From Tubulanus polymorphus (lineage: Eukaryota > Animalia > Nemertea), in the NCBI RefSeq assembly GCF_964204645.1, contig NC_134029.1, positions 9,698,850 to 9,762,849 of the forward strand: a stretch of DNA of 64,000 nt, written 5' to 3'. Under the pieces are notes generated by a model that was not told where the DNA came from, did no database searches, and saw only the letters and a list, made by a program, of their open reading frames with translations. Both the position numbers and the translations under genes were made by a program. This document shows, one piece after another, positions 1-13,246 of the stretch; the stretch's first letter is position 1; each line of letters begins with the position of its first letter.

Positions 1-3000
1 GGTAAAAAAATATGCCTCGTTACCAATTTAATATGGAAATACTAAGTTATTCTACTATTCAACGCCCCCTGGTGACCATATTCAAAACCCAATGACCTTG
101 AAACTCACCACAATCATAGAACATGTCATGAAATACAACTTTGCAATTAATCATGGTAACAAAACATGCCTAGGTACCAATATAATAAGGAAATACTAAG
201 TTATTCTACTGTTCAATGCCCCCTGGTTACCATATAGAATAACCAATGTCCTTGGTATTGGTATAGTAGAATTTCTAAATTCTTCAAATAGCAAGTTACA
301 GATATTAAACCTATGGTAGTGTGACCTCTATAGAAAATGTTACACATTCAAAAATTAATTTTTTTAATTTATGCTAATTTATGCTAATTAGGTGGGTTTT
401 TATGCGCAATTAGAGGGGTTTACGAAAAACACTCCAAAAGATAAATCAATTGATATATTGATATAATTCATTCAGCATTCGGTTCATAACTAACATGGCT
501 AGTGCTTGTGCCTCTATCTAGTGTTTACACAAGTTATATTTTTCAAAAAATTATTTCAAAGTTGAAACTACACAATTTTTCAGAAATTTTCTACCTAATT
601 ATATATTCATAGAGGTACCTAGCCTACCATAACGTAGATATTAACTTTTCCAAGGCACATGCACTAGCTTTATGGATAACAAGTATTTCAAATTTCAAGG
701 CTCTACCTCAAATACTTTTTCCAAAATCATGTTTTCGGTAATGTGCGTCGGCCGTAAATGATGATTGCGAGAAAACACCAATTTTTTTAAATTTCTCAAG
801 GAATTTGACTTAATTTATCTAAAATACAACACTTTAGTAGGTTACACCTATCAAATTGTTCATTTGAATGCTGGTTACCCTGCAGGAAGCTCCTGTGCCA
901 CCATATTGTGCAGAAGTTGCCAAAATTTTCATCCTGATGCTGAATTTATTGCATTCACCCTTGGTGGCCGGCAACTTTTAGCAGGGGGGTGGGCTGATTG
1001 GATTACCCGTAAACTTTTTTTCTTTTTCTTTGAATGTTTCTAACTTTCCTCATTGATAGATAACAGTTTAAAGTTAATCATTTTACCACTTAAAAGCCCA
1101 ATGAAGCATGTATTCACGAGACTAAAGCAAAATATGCTATGAATTTCTGTAAAGTCAAAATTCTGGAAAATTTCATGATTTTCATTTCTTTCAAAAAATG
1201 ATACCCAACAACTTACAGATCAATGTTTTGGGTTATAAAGTCTATTGTGAATCTATTGTAGATGGCAGCACTGTACGGGTATAAATAGTATCGGTTTAAC
1301 ACCTCTAGAAGTAACTTAGAACACGTTGCTAAGGGTCGTTGCTAAGGGCTTTGAGATTGGAGGGATCTTGTTTGACCCCCAAAAACATGCCTTTACCGTT
1401 ATCTGACCACTCCAAAAATTTCGGAGGTCATTCTACCCACCTATAGTGTTCAATATCAGTGCTTTTTAAAAAACTGAGAAATTTAAGATTTTCTCTGAAA
1501 TTCTAGTATACCAATACCTTAAAACTCACCACAATCATAGACGATGTCATGAGCTACAACTTTGCAATGGATTGTGGTTACAAAATATGCATTGGTACAA
1601 ATATAATATAGAAATACTAAGATATGTATTATTCAACGCCCCCTGGTGCCCATATACAAAAACCAATGACCTTGAAACTCACAACAATCATGGAGCACGT
1701 CATAAGCTACTTTCTAATTCATTGTGGTAGCAAAATATGCTAAGGTATCAATATGATGTCGAAAAACTTTTTCCCACCTATAAATGAGTACTGATCACAC
1801 CAAGATGGCCACCAATTGCGTCATAATTGGCTGATCAAAAACAACTGTCTCAGGTATAAAACATCCCTTTCCAAAGAATACCCACCACAAATTGCAATGA
1901 GAAATGGCACACCAGTAGGAAGCTTCAGGACTCAGAATTCGGGGCAAAATAGACATTTTTGGGCACTTAAAAGGTCATAGGATGGCCATCTTGAGTCCGA
2001 TCGACCCAATTTCTGTTATGCTGATTGATCCTGGGAAGATTCAAATATACCCGAAAGATCAAGGTAATTGATAGAAGTGTCTTCAAAATTTCCCTCAAAA
2101 AGTTCAAAAATATGTAAAAAGTGCTGATTTTGGCGAACAACAATGGCTGCCAGTCGGCCATCTTGATTCTGACAGGGCCAGTTTTTGGGCTGAAGATGTG
2201 TCTAGGGTAGATACATGTGTAACCCACATATCAAGACATTCATTGAAGCGTCTTCAAAACTTCCTAAAATAACTGGATTCCGTCTAAGGACGGATGACGG
2301 ACGAGAAGTAAACGCAATAGCCCGCTGGGACTTAAGGCCCAAGTGGGCTAAAAACCAATGATTTGACACTCACCAAAATCATAGAATATGTTAAGAGCTA
2401 CAACTTTGCAATTGATTGTGGTAACAAAATATGGTTAGGTATCAATATGTGGAACTTTTTTTTACACATGATGACACCATGGCTGCCAATTGCGTGATAA
2501 TTGGCTGATCAAAAATACCTTTCGAGGTATTAAAGATCCCTTTCCATAGAATAGCCACCACAAATTTCAATGAAAAATGGTGAACCAGTAGGAAGCTGCA
2601 GGACTCTGAATTCGGACCGAAAGTGACTTTTTTGGGCATAAAAATGGTCACACAGGACCGTCATCTTGTGCCTGATCGACCCAATTTTTTCCTATGCTGA
2701 TGGGTCCTTGGGGGATACAATTACATATGAAAGATCAAGATATTTGATAAAAGCGTCTTCGAAATTTCCCTCGAAAACTTGAAATATGTGTAAAAAGTGA
2801 TGATTTTGGCGAACGGCAATGGCTGCCAGTCGGCCATCTTGAATCTGACAGGGCCAGTATTTGGGCTAAAGATGTGTCTAGGGTAGATACATGTGTAACC
2901 CAAATATAAAGGCATTACATTGAAGCGTCTTCAAAACTTCCTAAAATAACTGGATTCTGTCTACGGACGAATGGACGGACGGACGAAAAGTGAACGCAAA

Positions 3001-3021
3001 TAGCCCGCTGGGACTAAAGTA
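1..3021 (-). repeat. Helentron-associated (HINE/DINE-1/Pearl-like) non-autonomous repeats, two tandem copies with internal ~150-bp subrepeats
   Basis: Terminal hairpin tagcccgctgggac..cccaagtgggcta (~2318-2352, partial again at ~3001), a GGAC microsatellite and repeated ccctggtgaccatat..aatgaccttgaaactcaccacaatcatag units. Same family as 18981-19700 and 50236-51263. Confidence 0.75.
254..1518. mobile_element. Non-autonomous TIR element (1265 bp) inserted in a HINE subrepeat
   Basis: TIR GGTATTGGTATA(G/C)TAGAATTTC at both ends. It interrupts the host unit aatg(a/t)cctt|(g/a)aaactcacc. Apparent 2-bp TT duplication. Confidence 0.8.
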
Positions 3022-6000
3022 GACTATTGATCCATTCCAGGCTTCAAGAAAGAAATATAAATGTACAGAATTTCCGATGGCAACTGTATTTAAATTCTGT
3101 TCTTTCTGTATACCTAATAAATATATACATACATGTATCCCAAATTGTTTCGAAAATGTTTGTTTTATTTTGAAATGAATCTAGATACAGCTGTATTGAT
3201 TTTGAGTGTTGTAACATCATCGGCCACCAATTCATTCAATCACTAGGCCTACCCATCACAAGTCCAATTAGCTGGGAGGCATCGAAGATGTTAATTACCT
3301 TCAATTAACCAACATCATATGCAGTCCAATATATTCCTCAACCATTCTATGCTTTATTAGGCAAGATAAGACCATGGGCAAAACTTAAAACTACATTTTT
3401 GATACACTAGTTTATACATCCATGATTGATTTGTCTTATGAGAATGATAATTATAATAATAATTTTATTTTTATTTTTAACATATAATATTTACACATCC
3501 GTTCACCTCAGCAAATTATTTTATTCCGAAAAAAGTACCGTGCAGACACTAGGGAAAACGTCTAAGCGGGTGGGGGAATCCTCATATATAACAAGTGGAC
3601 TGCCAATAATGGCTTAATAGTTTATGATTATAAAACTAGCTACGCCAAAAACGGCGGAATACGCCAGAAATGGCGAATGTTTTTTATGTGTACCCATGGC
3701 AATGTTTAATTGAAAACTTTATAATAGTTTTTAAAACTAGTTCCCAAATCTATTTTTAACAAAAATCATGATTAATAAACTTGTTTCATGCTGTAGTAGT
3801 TTTGAGAGTTTTCCCGGAGTTTTTGGGCTGCATATGACGTAATCATTTAGAAAAACGTGAATTTGACCACTTTACCTAGCTCAAAAATTTCCATCCTAGC
3901 GTCATATGAAAGCTTATCGTCTGCTCGAGATTATGACGTAATCGGCAACATGCGCTAATTTGACCGGAAGTGGGCAAAAAACTTTAAAGCAAAACTCGAA
4001 ACTTAGTGAGCTGAAACTGGCTGATTAAGCCATAAAGGACTGTAAAAGTTTCAAAACTGAGTGATCCATAAACGGCTGATTTTGCCGTTATTGGCGGAAA
4101 ACGCCAAAATTGGCAGAATAAGCCGTTTTTGGAAAGTGTTCCTGACTGATACATTGGATTAACAGATTATCGTTTGTACATTACCTACAACTCTGATACA
4201 AGCCCCTGTGGTACTAGTCAGTAACCTGTCTGTGGTTTAGTTTCACAATCGGATATTTTCACAAACCACAGTCAGGAATGGGAAGGTCATTTTTGTATGA
4301 AATCTTCGTCAGCCAATTTGACTGACGAGTAATTTGCCTGGCATTTCATTGTCTCTTAAGATATCCGTCTATTTTTTGTTGTAATCGACGCACAACAGAT
4401 TCGTAGTTTGTCTGATACCTATAACACCTCACCTGACGATCTTAATCCATGTGCAAATCGGCCGTAAAGTGAGAGTAAATTTCCGTCGGGTCAACAGCTG
4501 CCATTTTGAAAATTACTGGAGGTGCTGGCACCTGTGGACTGAGGCGAGGACAACAGCACAAACTAACGAAGCGAAACGACGAAATTGAAAAAAATTAAGA
4601 AATCAACACTTATTCACATTTTTCTTTTACCAGAATTTATTATTTCATTATTTATTATGGAAAACACGAAGATTTGATATATAAGTTGGAAAACCATCAA
4701 AAATAAAAATTGTCGTTTCGTCTCGGAAGTTTTATATAAATCCTTGTAGGTCCCCTTGTCTTATCATGCCACATGTGCAATACAGAGAAATGGCGGCCAA
4801 TGGCGAAATTGGTGGAGAAATTAATTAATTTCTCAAAATAATGTTGATTAACCACTCGAAACATACATAAAATTGGATTATTTCGAAAGGTACCTGTGTT
4901 AGTTTGTGAATTAAGCCATTAATTGTGGACTAAAGTGAATAGAAAGTATACTTTTGAAGTGTTACTTTTTTCAACCGTGTTTTGGTCCTTGTCATCCCTA
5001 ACGTTGGTATAAGCCCATCCGATTATAAAAAGCTTACCACCAACGATTAGGAAACTAACTACTGTGGTACAAACCAGTTTGAAATCAGCTGCCTAAATTG
5101 TTATATAAAAGATACACATTTTGAGATCATTGACATTCTGATGATCAGTTGATGTAGGCGGCGGTGTTTTTCCAGTGTTACTGTTAGGATTGAATGATGT
5201 TCGTTCTTCGTTCTCTGATACTTCTTCATCATGCGGCCCTTTTTTTCCTTCTTCGACTTCTATACGTTGATTTTCGTCGCATTTTGTCAAATCCAAACCA
5301 CTAATCAGTAGAACGAGTATAATGACATGCATATACGGCATTCTTACGTTGGAAAGCATTTCCATTAACACGCATCCTTATGGTAATAATACCGGCAATA
5401 GAGAGACGTGTCAAACGATCAGCAGTCGCGCGTAGGGGTTTCCTAACCTGGTTTTTACTATGGGAATCCCCATTTCAAGTATAAGGGCGTTTCCGAGAAT
5501 ATTAAATCGTGCTTATTCGATAAACAAATACAAATTCAAATGACTTTATTGAGCCTCAATGTAACGGAGGCATCAGTGGTAAATGGCGGGAATACAATAA
5601 AGTAATATACAAAAGACAGACATATAAGGTATAATACAAGGAGGCGAGAGAAATACAATACATTGAATGATAATATCATATGAAGATTAAGCTTCTTCAT
5701 ACGATTCATTGGTGCACGGAACCGAGTACCGCCGCCACGCCCATGCCGAACTTTCTCGTGAATCCATTGTCGCGCATGACAGCCATCGTCGCATTGTTGG
5801 AGCTCGCGCGCTATTGAGTTTTGTGTTAGTGATTTGATTTAAACGGCAGTTAATCTTACATAATGTTTTATTGTAAAAAGTTGAATATTAATAAATTTAC
5901 TCTAGAATAATGTGATTCTCGTGATGTAAAAATGTGATGTCATTTACCAACTGTAGATAAAGGTTTTTCCAAATTCACTGTAAAAATTGATCAGTAAAGT

Positions 6001-7335
6001 CAATTGTTTTTCCCATTACGGGCATGCGTTGAACAGCGTCTTAGCATGTTTGACTATCGATTAATGGAGCAAAAATGCATTTTATACAAAAGTTGACTAT
6101 ACAGCCGTTAAATTCAGATCTCAACGGTCACAACGATGTAAGAAGAATTCAGATAGTCGCGGGTTAGCTTTTTCCAATTTAGAGGCAAAAACCGGCATTT
6201 CTGTAAAAATCAGACAAACTTCAAGGTTTTAACTGCGCAATCAAAATCGCAGAATCAAAGAATAATATCATAGAATTTGACGAAATATTTAACGTAAACT
6301 TCCATATTCGTGAAAGACGATCACGCAATGCTGTTTGCCACAGAAATCCACCAACCCTTCCCATTTAATCATAAAAAATCCCTTCTGGAATCAGGTCCTG
6401 TCTGTCCCTCGGAATATATTTCTCAGCTCAATTGACTTTTCAACCGTCGGTTTTTGGTCCGCATTGAAATCTCGTCAGTCCGGTAATAATACCCTCCCGA
6501 TTCCTCAGGACCGATGTAAATCACTTTCAAAGAATTTTTGATATTTATTAGACCGATAATCACTCAATAATTTAGTTTTACTTCATTCAAAATACTGTTT
6601 TCATACAAACGCCATATATGAAAACAAGACGTAATTCATAATGCGCGCGCGCCAATATTAGCACTGCTGATGTGCTGTAAAGTCTGTATTATATGTGTGA
6701 CATAGGCTAACTGTAATAGGTCTTCATCAGCAATGCACTGCGCCCGCACTTAACTGTGTGTGAAATGACGAGACACCGACTGTTGCTATGCAACATGTCA
6801 ACCGCGTGAATTGTTACACCGCCGCGCAGTGGTGGATAGGCCTATATGAAACAATCTGCACACAAAAGTTCGCCTGCGCTGCCGTGTGACATACTTCACT
6901 GTACTTTATTTCGATAAACCCAGGTCATTTGCATAATGACAATAAGAGCGTGATTAAATACAATTACAAAGCAAAATAGTACGTGTATGATTTCAGCTAG
7001 CACGGCGAATGTTCTTCTTATAACGGTTGATACACAATCTTTTAATACATGATTCATTTTTCTGTTGTATCAAAGCTCTGAATTTGGATCAGTCAAAAAA
7101 AGAAAGTGTCCTGTGCCTGAAACGACATTTCGAATTCATACAATATCGAAAGCGTTACACGCCCACGAGTACCAGACGATTTATTGGAACAGTTCAACAA
7201 ATCGTCTGGTACCGTCGGCGTGTAAGCATGCTTTCAAGTTCAGGACTCTGTCTTTACTGCGCGACTTGAAAAGTCACTCGATTTGTTTCGACTCTCGTTA
7301 CGGTTGGGGGGGGGATTGTTACGGTTGGGGGGTGC

Positions 7336-7710
7336 GTGAGTGGCAGCTTTGATAATCGGATAGGACTACGTAATTCCAAGCTTCATGTGCTCCTATTGAA
7401 AATACATCCGATCGTGAAACTTTTAGACGTTAGGCTACTGAATATTCAGTTGTTCATGCATGGCAGCGTATTAATTTCAATCTATTGCATTTTATATTGC
7501 TGCATTTCTGTTAGTCAAACTAATACGTGAGTGGCCAGCTTTAATAATCGGCCAGGACTAATTCCAAGCTTCATGTGCTCCTGGTTTTGAAGATACATCC
7601 GATCGTGAAACTTTAAATTTTAGACAGACTACTGAATATATATTCAGTTTTACATGCATGACGGCGTGATAATTTCAACTTATTGCATTGCGGCGTTTTT
7701 TGCTGTTAGT
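7336..7710 (+). repeat. Diverged tandem duplication, ~190-bp unit x2
   Basis: gtgagtgg..agcttt.ataatcgg..aggacta..taattccaagcttcatgtgctcct..atacatccgatcgtgaaacttt begins at ~7336 and again at ~7527. Confidence 0.8.
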
Positions 7711-7818
7711 CAAAATAAACAAATAAACAACTATGTTTCATTTATTTCCATAGTTTCGATTTCAATAGACTTTTCTTTGATTTCTCCTCATAACCGGAAC
7801 AATTTTCTGGAGAACGTA

Positions 7819-8469
7819 GAGGGGCGGATTTAGGATTTTTCAGGTGGCTGACTAAACGTTATGAAGAGACTGCGACTAGCGAGCCGCTCAGCGGCGAAGG
7901 GCCGAGAGTCCGAAGTTCGCGAGACGGGGGGAGCTCGAGATTTAGAATATTTTGAAAAAACCTGGGAAAATGGTGCAATTTGACAGCATTTGTGCGATGG
8001 TTTCAGTGAAAATTATGATATCCTGCCGAGCCGTGGCCAGGATGAGGTGTTGATAATTTTGATAAGATGATGGGGGAAGCAGCGGGTCATTTTTCAAACA
8101 TTTGTCATCAATTTACAATTTGTCATGGTACTGGTTTTAGGAATATGTTGACACAGATTGGGAAAAAATCGAATAGTTTTGATTGGTAAAATGACCGTTT
8201 ACCGGATGCATATACGGCCTAGCGGAATGGCTGGAGATTACTTAACTTAACTAACACTAACTTAATACGAGCAATCATCGCTCGTAGCATACGGCGTCAT
8301 ACAATATGTATATAATACAAAGTCACAACGCTACTGTTAGTTCTGATTCTGAGGCAGCTAACATTCTTATTTCATCCTCCTAGAGATAGGCTATAAACAC
8401 GAAATAAAAAATTTTTGGAAGGCATTTGAGGGGGTGGCTAGCCACTATTCACCCCCTAGATCCGCCCTG
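7819..8469. mobile_element. hAT-like MITE remnant
   Basis: Ends aggggcggatttagg ... cctagatccgccctg are inverted repeats of the common CAGGGGCGGAT type. No clear TSD. Confidence 0.55.
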
Positions 8470-8686
8470 TCCGTGTAATTGACTTTGCAAAACAACCTGT
8501 CACATTAGGCTGTTAGGCTTACATTCTTTTGAAATATACCTCGTTTCGTATGTAAATCATAATAAATCATATCATATCAAAATAAAATCATATCATATGT
8601 ACGATATACTATGGAATACCTCAAGGGCCATACGACTTACGAGTTACGTTTTACGAGTTACGATTTGCGTTTTACGAGTTACTAAT

Positions 8687-11600
8687 GGGACATTCTACAA
8701 AAATTGTGAAATTCGGGTTCTAAAATAATATAATTTTTTAGATAGTGAAATCATTTGAGAATTGGAGAAAATTATACTCTTACGTACGCTTACATCTGGG
8801 AAAAATTTCCCTGCTTGGGCATTTTGCATAAGTGATGTGCATGAGTATCAACACACCCCCAGACGATCCGAGTCTTCGGTGTTACTGCACAATATGGTTA
8901 CCAGAAAAAACTTTCAGGAATTTTTAAAATAAAATTTCGCTCTGGATTACTAGTGTATTACGTGTATGATGTTATTAATAAGTTTTTTTAATGAATATCT
9001 GGCATCATTTTGATTATGTGGTTCTCATAAACTATTGTAACTAGCGCTATTTTAGAAAATTTGAGAATAAATTAGAAACCGCGTCAAAATACTTGTTCTA
9101 TATGACATTTACTATGTATTGCCATTTTTAGCTATAGTAGGCGAACAGATTTCAGATAATGTATTTTCAACAGGCTTCCTATAAGTTTTAAGATGAAAGA
9201 ATCAAAATAAGTAACACCAAGGACTGGCCGGTATCACCTAAGACATACTACACCGAGGACATCACAGAACCTAACCGTATAAGCATAGGAGTATTGATTT
9301 AATTTTGATAAAACGATAATGTATTTTTCTCAAAGATGATCATTTCCAACATTCATATCTAAATAGATAACATTTTTCCACATTAAAACAAATTATATAA
9401 CATTTTTTACAAATTTTTGAAACATAAAAACACTGAAAAAAATTTATGAAACGAACGGTAACACCAAAGACATTTCACGAACCTAACCATGTACCATAAA
9501 AGGTGGATTCATTGAACAGATTAAACTTGAAACGATTTTACTTTTCAAACATTCACATCTTAATAAATAACAATTTTGAACATTGCAACAAATAAAAAGT
9601 TTTCACAAATTTTTAAAACATACTCCTCTACAAACACTAAAAAATTATACGAAGCGTACAGTAATTAATTTGAATTGAAACAATTACTCTAAATGACTGA
9701 TCTTTTCCCAAATAGATTTTTCAAGTGAAAAAAACCTTCCCCTTGCATCTAAAACAGGTTCTCTAGTAAATATTATGACATCCCTATTGTCGTAATAAGT
9801 AATATCATCTATCGGCGGATTGTAGAATTTATTAACACCTTTTCGGTGCATACAGCGAACTTCACAGCCCCCATCTTCTTCATCTACAGAAACTATCTGA
9901 CCAGGATACAAGTACCCATCAAAATGATATTGGACAACACACCATCTACCTACATCAGACTCCTTTATAATGACAATATTACTGCTGTTATCAGTTAGTT
10001 GAGCGCTTGATGTCTTTGGTTGCTCAGCCTTTCCGTTTTTCAGTAAAGATTCTGTATGGAGCCCAAAACATTGGCAAACTTTCTCAGAGGAACAAATACA
10101 GCTTATATCACGCACAGCTATCACTCCTTCCGACACTACATGTATCTCGTGTATCCCCATTGTTCCCGGTACAGGTTTCAAAGGGTTTTTTGTAAGTTCC
10201 TGCTCAAAAGTGGTGGCTTTTTTGTCAATATTCTTGCCATCAACGAAGAATAGCTTCACTGCAGACTTTCCTTCATTCAATAACCGGAACATTTTAAAAG
10301 CATCTTGAATATCATGTCCGCCTTTTACTAGCGCATCAGCTGATCTTTTAACGGCCGCTCCAATACCGTCGGCGGCCCCCTTTCCATGGCCAGATTCTAA
10401 GAAATGCCAACGAATCTGTTGAACCCCGTACTTTTTTGGCTCTGTTGTCATCAAAAAGAAATTCGCCTTCTGCCGATACTGAGTTGTCGGTCCGTCGCTA
10501 AATATTTCAAGATGTGAAATCTGTGGGTGATCTGCTTTCAGTTTTTCTAATACTGGCTTCAAATGGCACCAGATCGCAACAGGATCATGTTTTGTGTTGT
10601 CGGAAATTGTACAAAATGACATTCCAAGTTGGTTTTTCAGATAGACTACACCAGTGTGCAAAGACACCTGAGCGTGGGAGCCACCAAAATGTGCTGACTG
10701 TATTTCTGTAGCGTACTTGCAAACATAGTTTTCAGAAAAGTCACACTGAATTAATGCTTGATTTTCCTTCAGGTTTTCCCGTAGAGATTTGTATACAGCT
10801 AGTTGGTTAAATATATTAAAAATGTGCCGCTTAAAATCTTTCCAAAAATGATTCAATTTCAACCATCAATTCCTCTTCAGTTGCCGATATCATTTCTTTC
10901 GCAACAATCTTCGATCCGTAATTATTCGTTTTAGACACCCATTTTCATAAGTCACGTTTTCTGTGGTTGGCATGCGCATTTTGGTGACGCTAAAATGGAC
11001 ACACCTTTTACATTCACCATATGCACAGGCCTTGCTCTTCTCATCACACACCAGATCCTTGTAAACACTGTGCAGATCTTTCTCGGGAATTATACCAATT
11101 TGATGCAGTTTCTCCACCATATAACGCATGTTTTCGTGAACTTTACATTGACACGTTTCTCTGTCTTTCTCGGTAGGAGGGAGCACCCAAAATGGCCGGA
11201 GCCTACAAAAGTAACTGTAAGATACGTAACCATGCTCCGAAACGAATTTTGCGTAGAGAATGCGCAGGGAATCATTGAGGATTCGACGTTGCTTTTTTAG
11301 TTTCTTGAGTGTTATCGTTTGCTTTTTCCCAGCAGTCATTCTGCTTACATCATCTCTTTCAAAATACCTTCTATCTAATTGTTTCCCTAGTTTGCAATGC
11401 CTTTTCTGATTTCCGGCGCACATTATTTGGGCAGTTCTCAGTAGCTAACACTCTATTGCTTAACGAAAGTTCTTTTCGAAAAAGACTGAGAAGTTTGTAT
11501 TTTCTTATGAATGTCAACGAATACTTTCTTTTGATAAGTTCTTTTTTACGATGTTCTTTATTGTTGCGGTACTCTCATGCGAGTGAATCCTTCAGCACAT

Positions 11601-12301
11601 AATACATCGTCAAACGCTTTTTCACTGCATTTCTGTCATTTTCTTTCAGCAACATTCTAGCTTTTGTTCTCGGCGTACTTGGGCCTGAAGGTCTGTTAAG
11701 TCGACTTAATTTCATTCGTAGGGCATTGCACTTTCGTTTTTGTTTCATTAATTGTTCAGTTAACTTTTCATTTTGACGTTTCATGTCTGTCAAAGCCTTT
11801 CGTCGACTTCTCAATCCTTGTTGGGATTGCCTGAAAATACAACGAAATTATGTTTTTATTGGTCTTAATGATGAATATGTTGTATTGCCACAGGTTGATT
11901 TTTTGAGGTGAGTAACCCCAAAGACATTTTATCTAGCACAATAAATTAAAGTAATTTTTTACAGGTAAGGAATGTCGATGTATCTTAAACAAATATATCT
12001 CCTTAAATAACACACCTAGGGACATATCACCATTAAGATTAGTGATTTTACTATGATTGAATTACAGCTAGGAAATCTGCGAATGAATAAACCACAACAA
12101 TGCACACAGTAACTCCAAGGACATTTGGGGGGTAAATGGTCCCCTTATATTAAGCGGGTGGGTCATAAGGTCAAAAACAATTGCTAAATGTGTCAAACAG
12201 TCTCCCGTCAATAGTTATTTGGTTCAATGTCACCATTTGAACCAATCAGTATCTATCAATTGTGCATGCACATAAATTTCACATTTTTTGTAGAATGTCC
12301 C
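8687..12301 (-). mobile_element. Sola2-like DNA transposon (3615 bp)
   Basis: 27-bp TIRs GGGACATTCTACAAAAA(T/A)TGTGAAATT at 8687-8713 and 12275-12301. 4-bp TSD TAAT at 8683-8686 and 12302-12305. Internal DDD transposase. Superfamily assigned from remembered motifs, GRG termini and TSD length. Confidence 0.85.
9684..11830 (-). pseudogene. Frameshifted Sola2-type transposase
   Basis: Split over ORFs 11575-11814, 10890-11423 and 9684-10862. Shows a Cys-rich motif (RETCQCKVHEN..C..CAYGEC..C), catalytic motifs DFSENY, FSDGPTTQY and HGKGAADGIG, and a C-terminal Tudor-like segment. About 4 frameshifts. A splice acceptor (tattttcag|) precedes 11830. Confidence 0.85.
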
Positions 12302-13246
12302 TAATACATTTCCTACAATACGTTACGACTTACGATTTACGACTTACGTTTTACGAATTACACGTTTTTCACTAATTGGCTTCGGATATCCGAAGCGCGT
12401 TATTCAAAGAACGGGTTTCAAAATGAAGTCGAATTGTCATTTCAAACAGCATAATCAAGAGTAATGTATTGTACATAGTGAATCAATCTCGACTGCAGAG
12501 TTTTATTAGAGAGCAGAAAATCTGCGCGTTGGCCATCTGCTGTGCGAACCTTCTCAAAATCTGTTGACAATACATTTCACACTGACTGATGACTGCCCCG
12601 TTACGTGCACGATGATTTTAATAGACGATATTTCAATAGATTTTAGCTGGAAATGATTTTGATAATTAGAACAAGATTCATCAATTTAGAAAAAATGTAT
12701 TTATTTTTTGAAAACGCTGGGCTGCATACAGCCATCCATCATCGTTACAGTTATTCGTCTAATAATTACACCCACACAGTGAAATGCCTACCACGTGGCC
12801 ACTGTCCTTGAACTCTTGCAAACCGAAACTCCAACACTTAACTCGTAAATCGTAACTCGTAATTCTTAAAACGCAAGTCGTAAAACGTAAGTCGTAACGT
12901 ATTGTAGGAAATGTATTAGTAACTCGTAAAACGTAACTCGTAAGTCGTAAAACGTAACTCGTAAGTCGTATGGCCCTTGAGGTATTCCATACTATACCCA
13001 CCATAACGCCGCGAATTTGAACACGTGACTAGTGTCGAGCATTGAAAGGCGAATGGGGAATACCCAATACGAGGTATGCAAAAAGGCGAAGGGAATACCT
13101 GTACCCGATACGATGTATCGGCATATACGTGTCACGCGCATTGAATGTAATCAGCGTTCGTGTCACGCGCATTGAAGCACGATACCTCGCGATTTCAAGT
13201 CGCTTTTCACAGAGTCTGTGAAAACCGTAAAAATAGAAACATTGAT

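Larger units (their letters stand above)
8605..12996. mobile_element. MITE/foldback element (~770 bp without its insert) with long TTACGA-repeat TIRs; hosts the Sola element
   Basis: The left end tatactatggaatacctcaagggccatacgacttacgagttacg is the reverse complement of 12900-12996. The left arm resumes at 12302 after the insertion. TA at both outer ends. Confidence 0.85.

Noticed and set aside
3580-4935. Possible transposon with recurring atggcttaat/attaagccat and ggcg..cgcc motifs
   Set aside because: Probably repetitive, but termini and TSD could not be defined.
5705-6905. Possible TIR element (gccgaacttt / aaagttcgcc)
   Set aside because: The inverted match is too degenerate and no TSD was found.
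8630-8686. TTACGA arrays (also 12320-12360, 12840-12970, 53030-53150) as CRISPR or telomeric repeats
   Set aside because: They have no spacers and form the inverted arms of MITEs in eukaryotic DNA.
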